This document shows, one piece after another, positions 14,400 through 29,800 of a stretch of 64,000 nucleotides of DNA (positions are counted from its first letter, which is position 1; each line of letters begins with the position of its first letter). Both the position numbers and the translations under genes were made by a program. Source of the stretch: Eledone cirrhosa (lineage: Eukaryota); assembly GCA_964016885.1 (NCBI GenBank), contig OZ024743.1, positions 206,832,001 through 206,896,000 on the forward strand, written 5' to 3'. Below the pieces are notes generated by a model that ran no database searches, was not told where the DNA came from, and saw only the letters and a program-made list of their open reading frames with translations.

Positions 14400-17300
14400 G
14401 TTGATACAGTTGTCTTACAGTAGTTGTGACTATGGTGTTGATACAGTGGTCTTACACTAGTTGTGACTGTGGTGTTGATACAATGTTCTTACAGTAGTTG
14501 TGAGTGTGGTGTTGATACATTGGTCTTACAGTAGTTGTAACTGTGTTGTTGATACAGTGGTCTTACAGTAGTTGTGACTATAGTGTTGATACAATGGTTT
14601 TACAGTAGGTGTGACTGTGGTGTTGATACAGTGGTCTTACAGTAGTTGTGACTGTGGCGTTGATACAGTGGTCTTACAGTTGTTGTGACTATAGTGTTGA
14701 TACAGTGGTATTACAGACGTTGTGACTATGGTGTTGATACAGTTGTCTTACAGTAGTTGTGACTATGGTGTTCATACAGCTATCTTGCAGTAGTTGTGAC
14801 TATGGTGTTGATACAGTGGTCTTACAGACGTTGTGACTGTGGTGTTGATACAGTGGTCTTACAGTAGTTGTGACTACGGTGTTGAATCAGTTGTCTTACA
14901 GTAGTTGTGATTATGGTGTTGATACAGTGGTCCTACAGTTGTGGCTGTGGTGTTGATACAGTGGTCTTACAGTTGTTGTGACTATAGTGTTGATACAGTG
15001 GTATTACAGACGTTATGACTATGGTGTTGATACAGTGGTCTTACGATAGTTATGACTATGGTGTTTATACAGTGGTCTTACAGTAGTTGTGACTATGGTG
15101 TTCATACAGTGGTATTACAGACGTTGTGACAATGGTGTTGATACAGTGGTCTTACAGTAGTTGTGACTATGGTGTTGATACAGCGGTCTTACAGTAGTTG
15201 TGACAATTGTGTTGATACAGTGGTCTTACAGACGTTGTGACTGTGGTGTTGATACAGTGGTCTTACAGTAGTTGTGACTACGGTGTTGATACAGTGGTCT
15301 TGCAGTAGTTGTGTTTATGGTGTTGATACAGTGGTCTTACAGTAGTTGTGACTGTGGTGTTGATACAGTGGTCTTATAGTAGTTGTGACTACGGTGTTGA
15401 ATCAGTTGTCTTACAGTAGTTGTGATTATGGTGTTGATACAGTGGTCTTACAGTTGTGGCTGTGGTGTTGATACAGTGGTCTTACAGTAGTTGTGGCTGT
15501 GATGTTGATACAGTGGTCTTACAGTAGTTATAACTGTGGGGTTGATACAGTGTTCTTACAGTAGTTGTGACTATGGTGTAGATACAGTGGTCTTACGGTA
15601 GTTATGACTATGGTGTTGATACAGTGGTCTTACAGTAGTTGTGACTATGGTGTTGATACAGTGGTCTTACGGTAGTTATGACTATGGTGTTCATACAGTG
15701 GTCTTACAGTAGTTGTGACTATGGTGTTGATACAGTGGTCTTACTGTAGTTGTGACTGTGGTGTTGATACAGTGGTCTTACAATAGTTGTGACTATGGTG
15801 TTGATACAGTGGTCTTACAGTAGTTATGACTATGGTCTTGATACAGTGGTCTTACAGTAGTTGTGACTATGGTGTTGGTACAGCGGTCTTATGACTATGG
15901 TGTTGATACAGTGGTCTTACGGTAGTTATGACTATGGTGTTGATACAGTGATCTTACAGTAGTTGTGACCGTGGTGCTGACACAGTGGTCTTACAGTAGT
16001 TGTGACTATGGTGTTGATACAGTGGTCTTACAATAGTTGTGACTATGGTGTTGATACAGTGGTCTTATGACTATGGTGTTGATACAGTGGTCTTAAAGTA
16101 GTTATGACTATGGTGTTGATACAGTGGTCTTACAGTAGTTGTGACTATGGTGTTGATACAGTGGTCTTATGACTATGGTGTTGATACAGTGATCTTACGG
16201 TAGTTATGATTATGGTGTTGATACAGTGGTCTTACAGTAGTTGTGACTATGGTTTTGATACGGTGGTCTTAGAGTAGTTATGACTATGCTGTTGATACAG
16301 TGGGCTTACAGTAGTTGTGACTGTAGTGTTGATACAGTGGTCTTAGAGTAGTTGTGACTGTGTTGTTGATACAGTGGTCTTACAGTAGTTGTGACTATGG
16401 CTTTTATACAGTGGTCTTACAGTAGTTGTGACTATGGTGTTGCTACAGTGGTATTAGATACGTTTTGACTATGGTGTTGATACTGTGGTCTTACAGTACT
16501 TGTGACTATGGTGTTGATACAGTGGTCTTACAGACGTTGTGACTGTGGTGTTGATACAGTGGTCTTACATTAGTTGTGACTACGGTGTTGAATCCGTTGT
16601 CTTACAGTAGTTGTGATTATGGTGTTGATACAGTGGTCTTACAGTTGTGGCTGTGGTGTTGATACAGTGGTCTTACAGTAGTTGTGGCTGTGGTGTTGAT
16701 ATAGTGATCTTACAGTAGTTGTGACTGTGATGTTGATACAGTGGTCTTACAGTAGTTATAACTGTGGGGTTGATACAGTGTTCTTACAGTAGTTGTGACT
16801 ATGGTGTAGATACAGTGGTCTTACAGTAGTTGTGACTATGGTGTTGATACAGTGGTCTTATGACTATGGTGTTGATACAGTGGTCTTACGGTAGTTATGA
16901 CTATGGTGTTGATACAGTGGTCTTACAGTAGTTGTGACTATGGTGTGGATACAGTGGTTTTATGACTATGGTGTTGATACAGTGGTCTTACAGTAGTTGT
17001 GTCTATGTTGTTGATACAGTGGTCTTATGACTATGGTGTTGATACAGTGGTCTTACGGTAGTTATGACTATGGTGTTGATACAGTGGTCTTACAGCAGTT
17101 GTGACTATGGTGTTGATACAGTGGTTTTATGACTATGGTGTTGATACAGTGGTCTTACAGTAGTTGTGCCTATGGTGTTGATACAGTGGTCTTATGACTA
17201 TGTTTTTGATACAGTGGTCTTACTGTAGTTGTGCCTATGGTGTTGATACAGTGGTCTTATGACTATGTTGTTGATACAGTGGTCTTACGGTAGTTATGAC

Positions 17301-20300
17301 TATGGTGTTGATACAGTGGTCTTACAGTAGTTGTGACTATGGTTTTGATACTGTGGTCTTAGAGTAGTTATGACTATGCTGTTGATACAGTGGTCTTACA
17401 GTAGTTGTGTCTATGTTGTTGATACAGTGGTCTTATGACTATGGTGTTGATACAGTGGTCTTACAGTAGTTGTGACTATGGTGTTGATACAGTGGTCTTA
17501 CACTAGTTGTGACTGTGGTGTTGATACAATGTTCTTACAGTAGTTGTGAGTGTGGTGTTGATACATTGGTCTTACAGTAGTTGTAACTGTGTTGTTGATA
17601 CAGTGGTCTTACAGTAGTTGTGACTATAGTGTTGATACAGTGGTTTTACAGTAGGTGTGACTGTGGTGTTGATACAGTGGTCTTACAGTAGTTGTGACTG
17701 TGGCGTTGATACAGTGGTCTTACAGTTGTTGTGACTATAGTGTTGATACAGTGGTATTACAGACGTTGTGACTATGGTGTTGATACAGTTGTCTTACAGT
17801 AGTTGTGACTATGGTGTTCATACAGCTATCTTGCAGTAGTTGTGACTATGGTGTTGATACAGTGGTCTTACAGACGTTGTGACTGTGGTGTTGATACAGT
17901 GGTCTTACAGTAGTTGTGACTACGGTGTTGAATCAGTTGTCTTACAGTTGTTGTGATTATGGTGTTGATACAGTGGTCCTACAGTTGTGGCTGTGGTGTT
18001 GATACAGTGGTCTTACAGTTGTTGTGACTATAGTGTTGATACAGTGGTATTACAGACGTTATGACTATGGTGTTGATACAGTGGTCTTACGATAGTTATG
18101 ACTATGGTGTTTATACAGTGGTCTTACAGTAGTTGTGACTATGGTGTTCATACAGTGGTATTACAGACGTTGTGACAATGGTGTTGATACAGTGGTCTTA
18201 CAGTAGTTGTGACTATGGTGTTGATACAGCGGTCTTACAGTAGTTGTGACAATTGTGTTGATACAGTGGTCTTACAGACGTTGTGACTGTGGTGTTGATA
18301 CAGTGGTCTTACAGTAGTTGTGACTACGGTGTTGATACAGTGGTCTTGCAGTAGTTGTGTTTATGGTGTTGATACAGTGGTCTTACAGTAGTTGTGACTG
18401 TGGTGTTGATACAGTGGTCTTACAGTTGTTGTGACTATGGTGTTCATACAGCTGTCTTGCAGTAGTTGTGACTATGGTGTTGATACAGTGGTCTTACAGA
18501 CGTTGTGACTGTGGTGTTGATACAGTGGTCTTATAGTAGTTGTGACTACGGTGTTGAATCAGATGTCTTACAGTAGTTGTGATTATGGTGTTGATACAGT
18601 GGTCTTACAGTTGTGGCTGTGGTGTTGATACAGTGGTCTTACAGTAGTTGTGGCTGTGATGTTGATACAGTGGTCTTACAGTAGTTATAACTGTGGGGTT
18701 GATACAGTGTTCTTACAGTAGTTGTGACTATGGTGTAGATACAGTGGTCTTACAGTAGTTGTGACTATGGTGTTGATACAGTGGTCTTACGGTAGTTATG
18801 ACTATGGTGTTGATACAGTGGTCTTACAGTAGTTGTGACTATGGTGTTGATACAGTGGTCTTACGGTAGTTATGACTATGGTGTTCATACAGTGGTCTTA
18901 CAGTAGTTGTGACTATGGTGTTGATACAGTGGTCTTACTGTAGTTGTGACTGTGGTGTTGATACAGTGGTCTTACAATAGTTGTGACTATGGTGTTGATA
19001 CAGTGGTCTTACAGTAGTTATGACTATGGTCTTGATACAGTGGTCTTACAGTAGTTGTGACTATGGTGTTGGTACAGCGGTCTTATGACTATGGTGTTGA
19101 TACAGTGGTCTTACGGTAGTTATGACTATGGTGTTGATACAGTGATCTTACAGTAGTTGTGACCGTGGTGCTGACACAGTGGTCTTACAGTAGTTGTGAC
19201 TATGGTGTTGATACAGTGGTCTTACAATAGTTGTGACTATGGTGTTGATACAGTGGTCTTATGACTATGGTGTTGATACAGTGGTCTTAAAGTAGTTATG
19301 ACTATGGTGTTGATACAGTGGTCTTACAGTAGTTGTGACTATGGTGTTGATACAGTGGTCTTATGACTATGGTGTTGATACAGTGATCTTACGGTAGTTA
19401 TGATTATGGTGTTGATACAGTGGTCTTACAGTAGTTGTGACTATGGTTTTGATACGGTGGTCTTAGAGTAGTTATGACTATGCTGTTGATACAGTGGGCT
19501 TACAGTAGTTGTGACTGTGGTGTTGATACAGTGGTCTTAGAGTAGTTGTGACTGTGTTGTTGATACAGTGGTCTTACAGTAGTTGTGACTATGGCTTTTA
19601 TACAGTGGTCTTACAGTAGTTGTGACTATGGTGTTGCTACAGTGGTATTAGATACGTTTTGACTATGGTGTTGATACTGTGGTCTTACAGTACTTGTGAC
19701 TATGGTGTTGATACAGTGGTCTTACAGACGTTGTGACTGTGGTGTTGATACAGTGGTCTTACATTAGTTGTGACTACTGTGTTGAATCCGTTGTCTTACA
19801 GTAGTTGTGATTATGGTGTTGATACAGTGGTCTTACAGTTGTGGCTGTGGTGTTGATACAGTGGTCTTACAGTAGTTGTGGCTGTGGTGTTGATATAGTG
19901 ATCTTACAGTAGTTGTGACTGTGATGTTGATACAGTGGTCTTACAGTAGTTATAACTGTGGGGTTGATACAGTGTTCTTACAGTAGTTGTGACTATGGTG
20001 TAGATACAGTGGTCTTACAGTAGTTGTGACTATGGTGTTGATACAGTGGTCTTATGACTATGGTGTTGATACAGTGGTCTTACGGTAGTTATGACTATGG
20101 TGTTGATACAGTGGTCTTACAGTAGTTGTGACTATGGTGTGGATACAGTGGTTTTATGACTATGGTGTTGATACAGTGGTCTTACAGTAGTTGTGTCTAT
20201 GTTGTTGATACAGTGGTCTTATGACTATGGTGTTGATACAGTGGTCTTACGGTAGTTATGACTATGGTGTTGATACAGTGGTCTTACAGCAGTTGTGACT

Positions 20301-23300
20301 ATGGTGTTGATACAGTGGTTTTATGACTATGGTGTTGATACAGTGGTCTTACAGTAGTTGTGCCTATGGTGTTGATACAGTGGTCTTATGACTATGTTTT
20401 TGATACAGTGGTCTTACTGTAGTTGTGCCTATGGTGTTGATACAGTGGTCTTATGACTATGTTGTTGATACAGTGGTCTTACGGTAGTTATGACTATGGT
20501 GTTGATACAGTGGTCTTACAGTAGTTGTGACTATGGTTTTGATACTGTGGTCTTAGAGTAGTTATGACTATGCTGTTGATACAGTGGTCTTACAGTAGTT
20601 GTGTCTATGTTGTTGATACAGTGGTCTTATGACTATGGTGTTGATACAGTGGTCTTACAGTAGTTGTGACTATGGTGTTGATACAGTGGTCTTACACTAG
20701 TTGTGACTGTGGTGTTGATACAATGTTCTTACAGTAGTTGTGAGTGTGGTGTTGATACATTGGTCTTACAGTAGTTGTAACTGTGTTGTTGATACAGTGG
20801 TCTTACAGTAGTTGTGACTATAGTGTTGATACAGTGGTTTTACAGTAGGTGTGACTGTGGTGTTGATACAGTGGTCTTACAGTAGTTGTGACTGTGGCGT
20901 TGATACAGTGGTCTTACAGTTGTTGTGACTATAGTGTTGATACAGTGGTATTACAGACGTTGTGACTATGGTGTTGATACAGTTGTCTTACAGTAGTTGT
21001 GACTATGGTGTTCATACAGCTATCTTGCAGTAGTTGTGACTATGGTGTTGATACAGTGGTCTTACAGACGTTGTGACTGTGGTGTTGATACAGTGGTCTT
21101 ACAGTAGTTGTGACTACGGTGTTGAATCAGTTGTCTTACAGTTGTTGTGATTATGGTGTTGATACAGTGGTCCTACAGTTGTGGCTGTGGTGTTGATACA
21201 GTGGTCTTACAGTTGTTGTGACTATAGTGTTGATACAGTGGTATTACAGACGTTATGACTATGGTGTTGATACAGTGGTCTTACGATAGTTAAGACTATG
21301 GTGTTTATACAGTGGTCTTACAGTAGTTGTGACTATGGTGTTCATACAGTGGTATTACAGACGTTGTGACAATGGTGTTGATACAGTGGTCTTACAGTAG
21401 TTGTGACTATGGTGTTGATACAGCGGTCTTACAGTAGTTGTGACAATTGTGTTGATACAGTGGTCTTACAGACGTTGTGACTGTGGTGTTGATACAGTGG
21501 TCTTACAGTAGTTGTGACTACGGTGTTGATACAGTGGTCTTGCAGTAGTTGTGTTTATGGTGTTGATACAGTGGTCTTACAGTAGTTGTGACTGTGGTGT
21601 TGATACAGTGGTCTTACAGTTGTTGTGACTATGGTGTTCATACAGCTGTCTTGCAGTAGTTGTGACTATGGTGTTGATACAGTGGTCTTACAGACGTTGT
21701 GACTGTGGTGTTGATACAGTGGTCTTATAGTAGTTGTGACTACGGTGTTGAATCAGTTGTCTTACAGTAGTTGTGATTATGGTGTTGATACAGTGGTCTT
21801 ACAGTTGTGGCTGTGGTGTTGATACAGTGGTCTTACAGTAGTTGTGGCTGTGATGTTGATACAGTGGTCTTACAGTAGTTATAACTGTGGGGTTGATACA
21901 GTGTTCTTACAGTAGTTGTGACTATGGTGTAGATACAGTGGTCTTACAGTAGTTGTGACTATGGTGTTGATAAAGTGGTCTTACGGTAGTTATGACTATG
22001 GTGTTGATACAGTGGTCTTACAGTAGTTGTGACTATGGTGTTGATACAGTGGTCTTACGGTAGTTATGACTATGGTGTTCATACAGTGGTCTTACAGTAG
22101 TTGTGACTATGGTGTTGATACAGTGGTCTTACTGTAGTTGTGACTGTGGTGTTGATACAGTGGTCTTACAATAGTTGTGACTATGGTGTTGATACAGTGG
22201 TCTTACAGTAGTTATGACTATGGTCTTGATACAGTGGTCTTACAGTAGTTGTGACTATGGTGTTGGTACAGCGGTCTTATGACTATGGTGTTGATACAGT
22301 GGTCTTACGGTAGTTATGACTATGGTGTTGATACAGTGATCTTACAGTAGTTGTGACCGTGGTGCTGACACAGTGGTCTTACAGTAGTTGTGACTATGGT
22401 GTTGATACAGTGGTCTTACAATAGTTGTGACTATGGTGTTGATACAGTGGTCTTATGACTATGGTGTTGATACAGTGGTCTTAAAGTAGTTATGACTATG
22501 GTGTTGATACAGTGGTCTTACAGTAGTTGTGACTATGGTGTTGATACAGTGGTCTTATGACTATGGTGTTGATACAGTGATCTTACGGTAGTTATGATTA
22601 TGGTGTTGATACAGTGGTCTTACAGTAGTTGTGACTATGGTTTTGATACGGTGGTCTTAGAGCAGTTATGACTATGCTGTTGATACAGTGGGCTTACAGT
22701 AGTTGTGACTGTGGTGTTGATACAGTGGTCTTAGAGTAGTTGTGACTGTGTTGTTGATACAGTGGTCTTACAGTAGTTGTGACTATGGCTTTTATACAGT
22801 GGTCTTACAGTAGTTGTGACTATGGTGTTGCTACAGTGGTATTAGATACGTTTTGACTATGGTGTTGATACTGTGGTCTTACAGTACTTGTGACTATGGT
22901 GTTGATACAGTGGTCTTACAGACGTTGTGACTGTGGTCTTGATACAGTGGTCTTACATTAGTTGTGACTACGGTGTTGAATCCGTTGTCTTACAGTAGTT
23001 GTGATTATGGTGTTGATACAGTGGTCTTACAGTTGTGGCTGTGGTGTTGATACAGTGGTCTTACAGTAGTTGTGGCTGTGGTGTTGATATAGTGATCTTA
23101 CAGTAGTTGTGACTGTGATGTTGATACAGTGGTCTTACAGTAGTTATAACTGTGGGGTTGATACAGTGTTCTTACAGTAGTTGTGACTATGGTGTAGATA
23201 CAGTGGTCTTACAGTAGTTGTGACTATGGTGTTGATACAGTGGTCTTATGACTATGGTGTTGATACAGTGGTCTTACGGTAGTTATGACTATGGTGTTGA

Positions 23301-23860
23301 TACAGTGGTCTTACAGTAGTTGTGACTATGGTGTGGATACAGTGGTTTTATGACTATGGTGTTGATACAGTGGTCTTACAGTAGTTGTGTCTATGTTGTT
23401 GATACAGTGGTCTTATGACTATGGTGTTGATACAGTGGTCTTACGGTAGTTATGACTATGGTGTTGATACAGTGGTCTTACAGCAGTTGTGACTATGGTG
23501 TTGATACAGTGGTTTTATGACTATGGTGTTGATACAGTGGTCTTACAGTAGTTGTGCCTATGGTGTTGATACAGTGGTCTTATGACTATGTTTTTGATAC
23601 AGTGGTCTTACAGTAGTTGTGCCTATGGTGTTGATACAGTGGTCTTATGACTATGTTGTTGATACAGTGGTCTTACGGTAGTTATGACTATGGTGTTGAT
23701 ACAGTGGTCTTACAGTAGTTGTGACTATGGTTTTGATACTGTGGTCTTAGAGTAGTTATGACTATGCTGTTGATACAGTGGTCTTACAGTAGTTGTGTCT
23801 ATGTTGTTGATACAGTGGTCTTATGACTATGGTGTTGATACAGTGGTCTTACAGTAGTTG
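14400..23860. repeat. Higher-order repeat, 3194-bp unit (89 monomers), ~3 tandem copies
   Basis: Variant GTGTGGATACAGTGGTTTTATGA (TGGAT at 16946, 20140, 23334) is spaced 3194/3194. CAATGTTC lies at 14481, 17527, 20721, spaced 3046 then 3194, so the first unit is 4 monomers shorter. 89x37 minus ten 9-bp and three 3-bp deletions = 3194. Confidence 0.9.
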
Positions 23861-26800
23861 TGAATATGGTGTTGATACAGTGGTCTTACTGTAGTTGTGA
23901 CTATGGTTTTAATACTGTGGTCTTAGAGTAGTTATGACTATGCTGTTGATACAGTGGGCTTACAGTAGTTTTGACTCTGGTGTTGATACAGTGGTCTTAG
24001 AGTAGTTGTGACTGTGTTGTTGATACAGTGGTCTTACAGTAGTTGTGACTATGGCTTTTATACAGTGGTCTTACAGTAGTTATGACTATGGTGTTGATAC
24101 AGTGGTCTTACGATAGTTATGACTACGGTGTTTATACAGTGGTCTTACAGTAGTTGTGACTATGGTGTTCATACAGTGGTATTACAGACGTTGTGACAAT
24201 GGTGTTGATACAGTGGTCTTACAGTAGTTGTGACTATGGTGTTGATACAGTGGGCTTACATTAGTTGTGACTATTGTGTTGATACAGTGGTCTTACAGAC
24301 GTTGTAACTGTGGTGTTGATACAGTGGTCTTTCAGTAGTTGTGACTACGGTGTTGAATCAGTGGTCTTACAGTAGTTGTGACTGTTGTGTTGATACAGTG
24401 GTCTTACAGTAGTTGTGGCTGTGGTGTTGATACAGTTATCTTACAGTAGTTGTGACTGTGATGTTGATAGAGTGGTCTTACAGAAGTTATAACTGTGGTG
24501 TTGATACAGTGTTCTTACAGTAGTTGTGACTAAGGTGTAGATACAGTGGTCTTACAGTAGTTGTGACTATGGTGTTGATACAGTGGTCTTATGACTATGG
24601 AGTTGATACAGTGGGCTTACAGTAGTTGTGACTATGGTGTTGATACTGTAGTCTTACAGTAGTTGTGACTATGGTGTTGATAAAGTGGTCTTACTGTAGT
24701 TGTGACTGTGGTGTTGATACAGTGTTCTTACAGTAGTTGTGACTAAGGTGTAGATACAGTGGTCTTACAGTAGTTGTGACTATGGTGTTGATACAGTGGT
24801 CTTATGACTATGGAGTTGATACAGTGGGCTTACAGTAGTTATGACTATGGTGTTGTTACAGTGGTCTTACAGTAGTTGTCACTATCGTGTTGATACAGTG
24901 GTCTTATGACTATGGTGTTGATACAGTGGTCTTACGGTAGTTATGACCATGGTGTTGATACAGTGGTCTTACAGTAGTTGTGAATATAGTGTTGATACAG
25001 TGGTCTTACTGTAGTTGTGACTGTGGTGTTGATACAGTGGTCTTACAGTAGTTGTGACTGTGGTGCTGATACAGTGGTCTTACAGTATTTGTGGCTGTGG
25101 TGTTGATACAGTTGTCTTACAGTAGTTGTGACTATGGTGTTGATACAGTGGTCTTACACTAGTTGTGACTATGGTGTTGATACAGTGTTCTTACAGTAGT
25201 TGTGAGTGTGGTGTTGATACATTGGTCTTACAGTAGTTGTAACTGTGTTGTTGATACAGTGGTCTTACAGTAGTTGTGACTATAGTGTTGATACAGTGGT
25301 TTTACAGTAGGTGTGACTGTGGTGTTGATACAGTGGTCTTACAGTAGTTGTGACTGTGGCGTTGATACAGTGGTCTTACAGTTGTTGTGACTATAGTGTT
25401 GATACAGTGGTATTACAGACGTTATGACTATGGTGTTGATACAGTGGTCTTACGATAGTTATGACTATGGTGTTTATACAGTGGTCTTACAGTAGTTGTG
25501 ACTATGGTGTTCATACAGTGGTATTACAGACGTTGTGACAATGGTGTTGATACAGTGGTCTTACAGTAGTTGTGACTATGGTGTTGATACAGTGGTCTTA
25601 CAGTAGTTGTGACAATTGTGTTGATACAGTGGTCTTACAGACGTTGTGACTGTGGTGTTGATACAGTGGTCTTACAGTAGTTGTGACTACGGTGTTGATA
25701 CAGTGGTCTTACAGTAGTTGTGTTTATGGTGTTGATACAGTGGTCTTACTGTAGTTGTGACTGAGGTGTTGATACAGTGGTCTTACAGTTGTTGTGACTA
25801 TAATGTTGATACAGTGGTATTACAGACGTTGTGACTATGGTGTTGATACAGTTGTCTTACAGTAGTTGTGACTATGGTGTTCATACAGCTGTCTTGCAGT
25901 AGTTGTGACTATGGTGTTGATACAGTGGTCTTACAGACGTTGTGACTGTGGTGTTGATACAGTGGTCTTACAGTAGTTGTGACTACGGTGTTGAATCAGT
26001 TGTCTTAGAGTAGTTGTGATTATGGTGTTGATACAGTGGTCTTACAGTTGTGGCTGTGGTGTTGATACAGTGGTCTTACAATAGTTGTGACTATGGTGTT
26101 GATACAGTGGTCTTACAGTAGTTATGACTATGGTCTTGATACAGTGGTCTTACAGTAGTTGTGACTATGGTGTTGGTACAGCGGTCTTATGACTATGGTG
26201 TTGATACAGTGGTCTTACGGTAGTTATGACTATGGTGTTGATACAGTGATCTTACAGTAGTTGTGACCGTGGTGCTGACACAGTGGTCTTACAGTAGTTG
26301 TGACTATGGTGTTGATACAGTGGTCTTACAATAGTTGTGACTATGGTGTTGATACAGTGGTCTTATGACTATGGTGTTGATACAGTGGTCTTAAAGTAGT
26401 TATGACTATGGTGTTGATACAGTGGTCTTACAGTAGTTGTGACTATGGTGTTGATACAGTGGTCTTATGACTATGGTGTTGATACAGTGATCTTACGGTA
26501 GTTATGATTATGGTGTTGATACAGTGGTCTTACAGTAGTTGTGACTATGGTTTTGATACGGTGGTCTTAGAGTAGTTATGACTATGCTGTTGATACAGTG
26601 GGCTTACAGTAGTTGTGACTGTGGTGTTGATACAGTGGTCTTAGAGTAGTTGTGACTGTGTTGTTGATACAGTGGTCTTACAGTAGTTGTGACTATGGCT
26701 TTTATACAGTGGTCTTACAGTAGTTGTGACTATGGTGTTGCTACAGTGGTATTAGATACGTTTTGACTATGGTGTTGATACTGTGGTCTTACAGTACTTG

Positions 26801-29800
26801 TGACTATGGTGTTGATAAGTGGTCTTACAGACGTTGTGACTGTGGTGTTGATACAGTGGTCTTACATTAGTTGTGACTACTGTGTTGAATCCGTTGTCTT
26901 ACAGTAGTTGTGATTATGGTGTTGATACAGTGGTCTTACAGTTGTGGCTGTGGTGTTGATACAGTGGTCTTACAGTAGTTGTGGCTGTGGTGTTGATATA
27001 GTGATCTTACAGTAGTTGTGACTGTGATGTTGATACAGTGGTCTTACAGTAGTTATAACTGTGGGGTTGATACAGTGTTCTTACAGTAGTTGTGACTATG
27101 GTGTAGATACAGTGGTCTTACAGTAGTTGTGACTATGGTGTTGATACAGTGGTCTTATGACTATGGTGTTGATACAGTGGTCTTACGGTAGTTATGACTA
27201 TGGTGTTGATACAGTGGTCTTACAGTAGTTGTGACTATGGTGTGGATACAGTGGTTTTATGACTATGGTGTTGATACAGTGGTCTTACAGTAGTTGTGTC
27301 TATGTTGTTGATACAGTGGTCTTATGACTATGGTGTTGATACAGTGGTCTTACGGTAGTTATGACTATGGTGTTGATACAGTGGTCTTACAGCAGTTGTG
27401 ACTATGGTGTTGATACAGTGGTTTTATGACTATGGTGTTGATACAGTGGTCTTACAGTAGTTGTGCCTATGGTGTTGATACAGTGGTCTTATGACTATGT
27501 TTTTGATACAGTGGTCTTACTGTAGTTGTGCCTATGGTGTTGATACAGTGGTCTTATGACTATGTTGTTGATACAGTGGTCTTACGGTAGTTATGACTAT
27601 GGTGTTGATACAGTGGTCTTACAGTAGTTGTGACTATGGTTTTGATACTGTGGTCTTAGAGTAGTTATGACTATGCTGTTGATACAGTGGTCTTACAGTA
27701 GTTGTGTCTATGTTGTTGATACAGTGGTCTTATGACTATGGTGTTGATACAGTGGTCTTACAGTAGTTGTGACTATGGTGTTGATACAGTGGTCTTACAC
27801 TAGTTGTGACTGTGGTGTTGATACAATGTTCTTACAGTAGTTGTGAGTGTGGTGTTGATACATTGGTCTTACAGTAGTTGTAACTGTGTTGTTGATACAG
27901 TGGTCTTACAGTAGTTGTGACTATAGTGTTGATACAGTGGTTTTACAGTAGGTGTGACTGTGGTGTTGATACAGTGGTCTTACAGTAGTTGTGACTGTGG
28001 CGTTGATACAGTGGTCTTACAGTTGTTGTGACTATAGTGTTGATACAGTGGTATTACAGACGTTGTGACTATGGTGTTGATACAGTTGTCTTACAGTAGT
28101 TGTGACTATGGTGTTCATACAGCTATCTTGCAGTAGTTGTGACTATGGTGTTGATACAGTGGTCTTACAGACGTTGTGACTGTGGTGTTGATACAGTGGT
28201 CTTACAGTAGTTGTGACTACGGTGTTGAATCAGTTGTCTTACAGTTGTTGTGATTATGGTGTTGATACAGTGGTCCTACAGTTGTGGCTGTGGTGTTGAT
28301 ACAGTGGTCTTACAGTTGTTGTGACTATAGTGTTGATACAGTGGTATTACAGACGTTATGACTATGGTGTTGATACAGTGGTCTTACGATAGTTAAGACT
28401 ATGGTGTTTATACAGTGGTCTTACAGTAGTTGTGACTATGGTGTTCATACAGTGGTATTACAGACGTTGTGACAATGGTGTTGATACAGTGGTCTTACAG
28501 TAGTTGTGACTATGGTGTTGATACAGCGGTCTTACAGTAGTTGTGACAATTGTGTTGATACAGTGGTCTTACAGACGTTGTGACTGTGGTGTTGATACAG
28601 TGGTCTTACAGTAGTTGTGACTACGGTGTTGATACAGTGGTCTTGCAGTAGTTGTGTTTATGGTGTTGATACAGTGGTCTTACAGTAGTTGTGACTGTGG
28701 TGTTGATACAGTGGTCTTACAGTTGTTGTGACTATGGTGTTCATACAGCTGTCTTGCAGTAGTTGTGACTATGGTGTTGATACAGTGGTCTTACAGACGT
28801 TGTGACTGTGGTGTTGATACAGTGGTCTTATAGTAGTTGTGACTACGGTGTTGAATCAGTTGTCTTACAGTAGTTGTGATTATGGTGTTGATACAGTGGT
28901 CTTACAGTTGTGGCTGTGGTGTTGATACAGTGGTCTTACAGTAGTTGTGGCTGTGATGTTGATACAGTGGTCTTACAGTAGTTATAACTGTGGGGTTGAT
29001 ACAGTGTTCTTACAGTAGTTGTGACTATGGTGTAGATACAGTGGTCTTACAGTAGTTGTGACTATGGTGTTGATAAAGTGGTCTTACGGTAGTTATGACT
29101 ATGGTGTTGATACAGTGGTCTTACAGTAGTTGTGACTATGGTGTTGATACAGTGGTCTTACGGTAGTTATGACTATGGTGTTCATACAGTGGTCTTACAG
29201 TAGTTGTGACTATGGTGTTGATACAGTGGTCTTACTGTAGTTGTGACTGTGGTGTTGATACAGTGGTCTTACAATAGTTGTGACTATGGTGTTGATACAG
29301 TGGTCTTACAGTAGTTATGACTATGGTCTTGATACAGTGGTCTTACAGTAGTTGTGACTATGGTGTTGGTACAGCGGTCTTATGACTATGGTGTTGATAC
29401 AGTGGTCTTACGGTAGTTATGACTATGGTGTTGATACAGTGATCTTACAGTAGTTGTGACCGTGGTGCTGACACAGTGGTCTTACAGTAGTTGTGACTAT
29501 GGTGTTGATACAGTGGTCTTACAATAGTTGTGACTATGGTGTTGATACAGTGGTCTTATGACTATGGTGTTGATACAGTGGTCTTAAAGTAGTTATGACT
29601 ATGGTGTTGATACAGTGGTCTTACAGTAGTTGTGACTATGGTGTTGATACAGTGGTCTTATGACTATGGTGTTGATACAGTGATCTTACGGTAGTTATGA
29701 TTATGGTGTTGATACAGTGGTCTTACAGTAGTTGTGACTATGGTTTTGATACGGTGGTCTTAGAGTAGTTATGACTATGCTGTTGATACAGTGGGCTTAC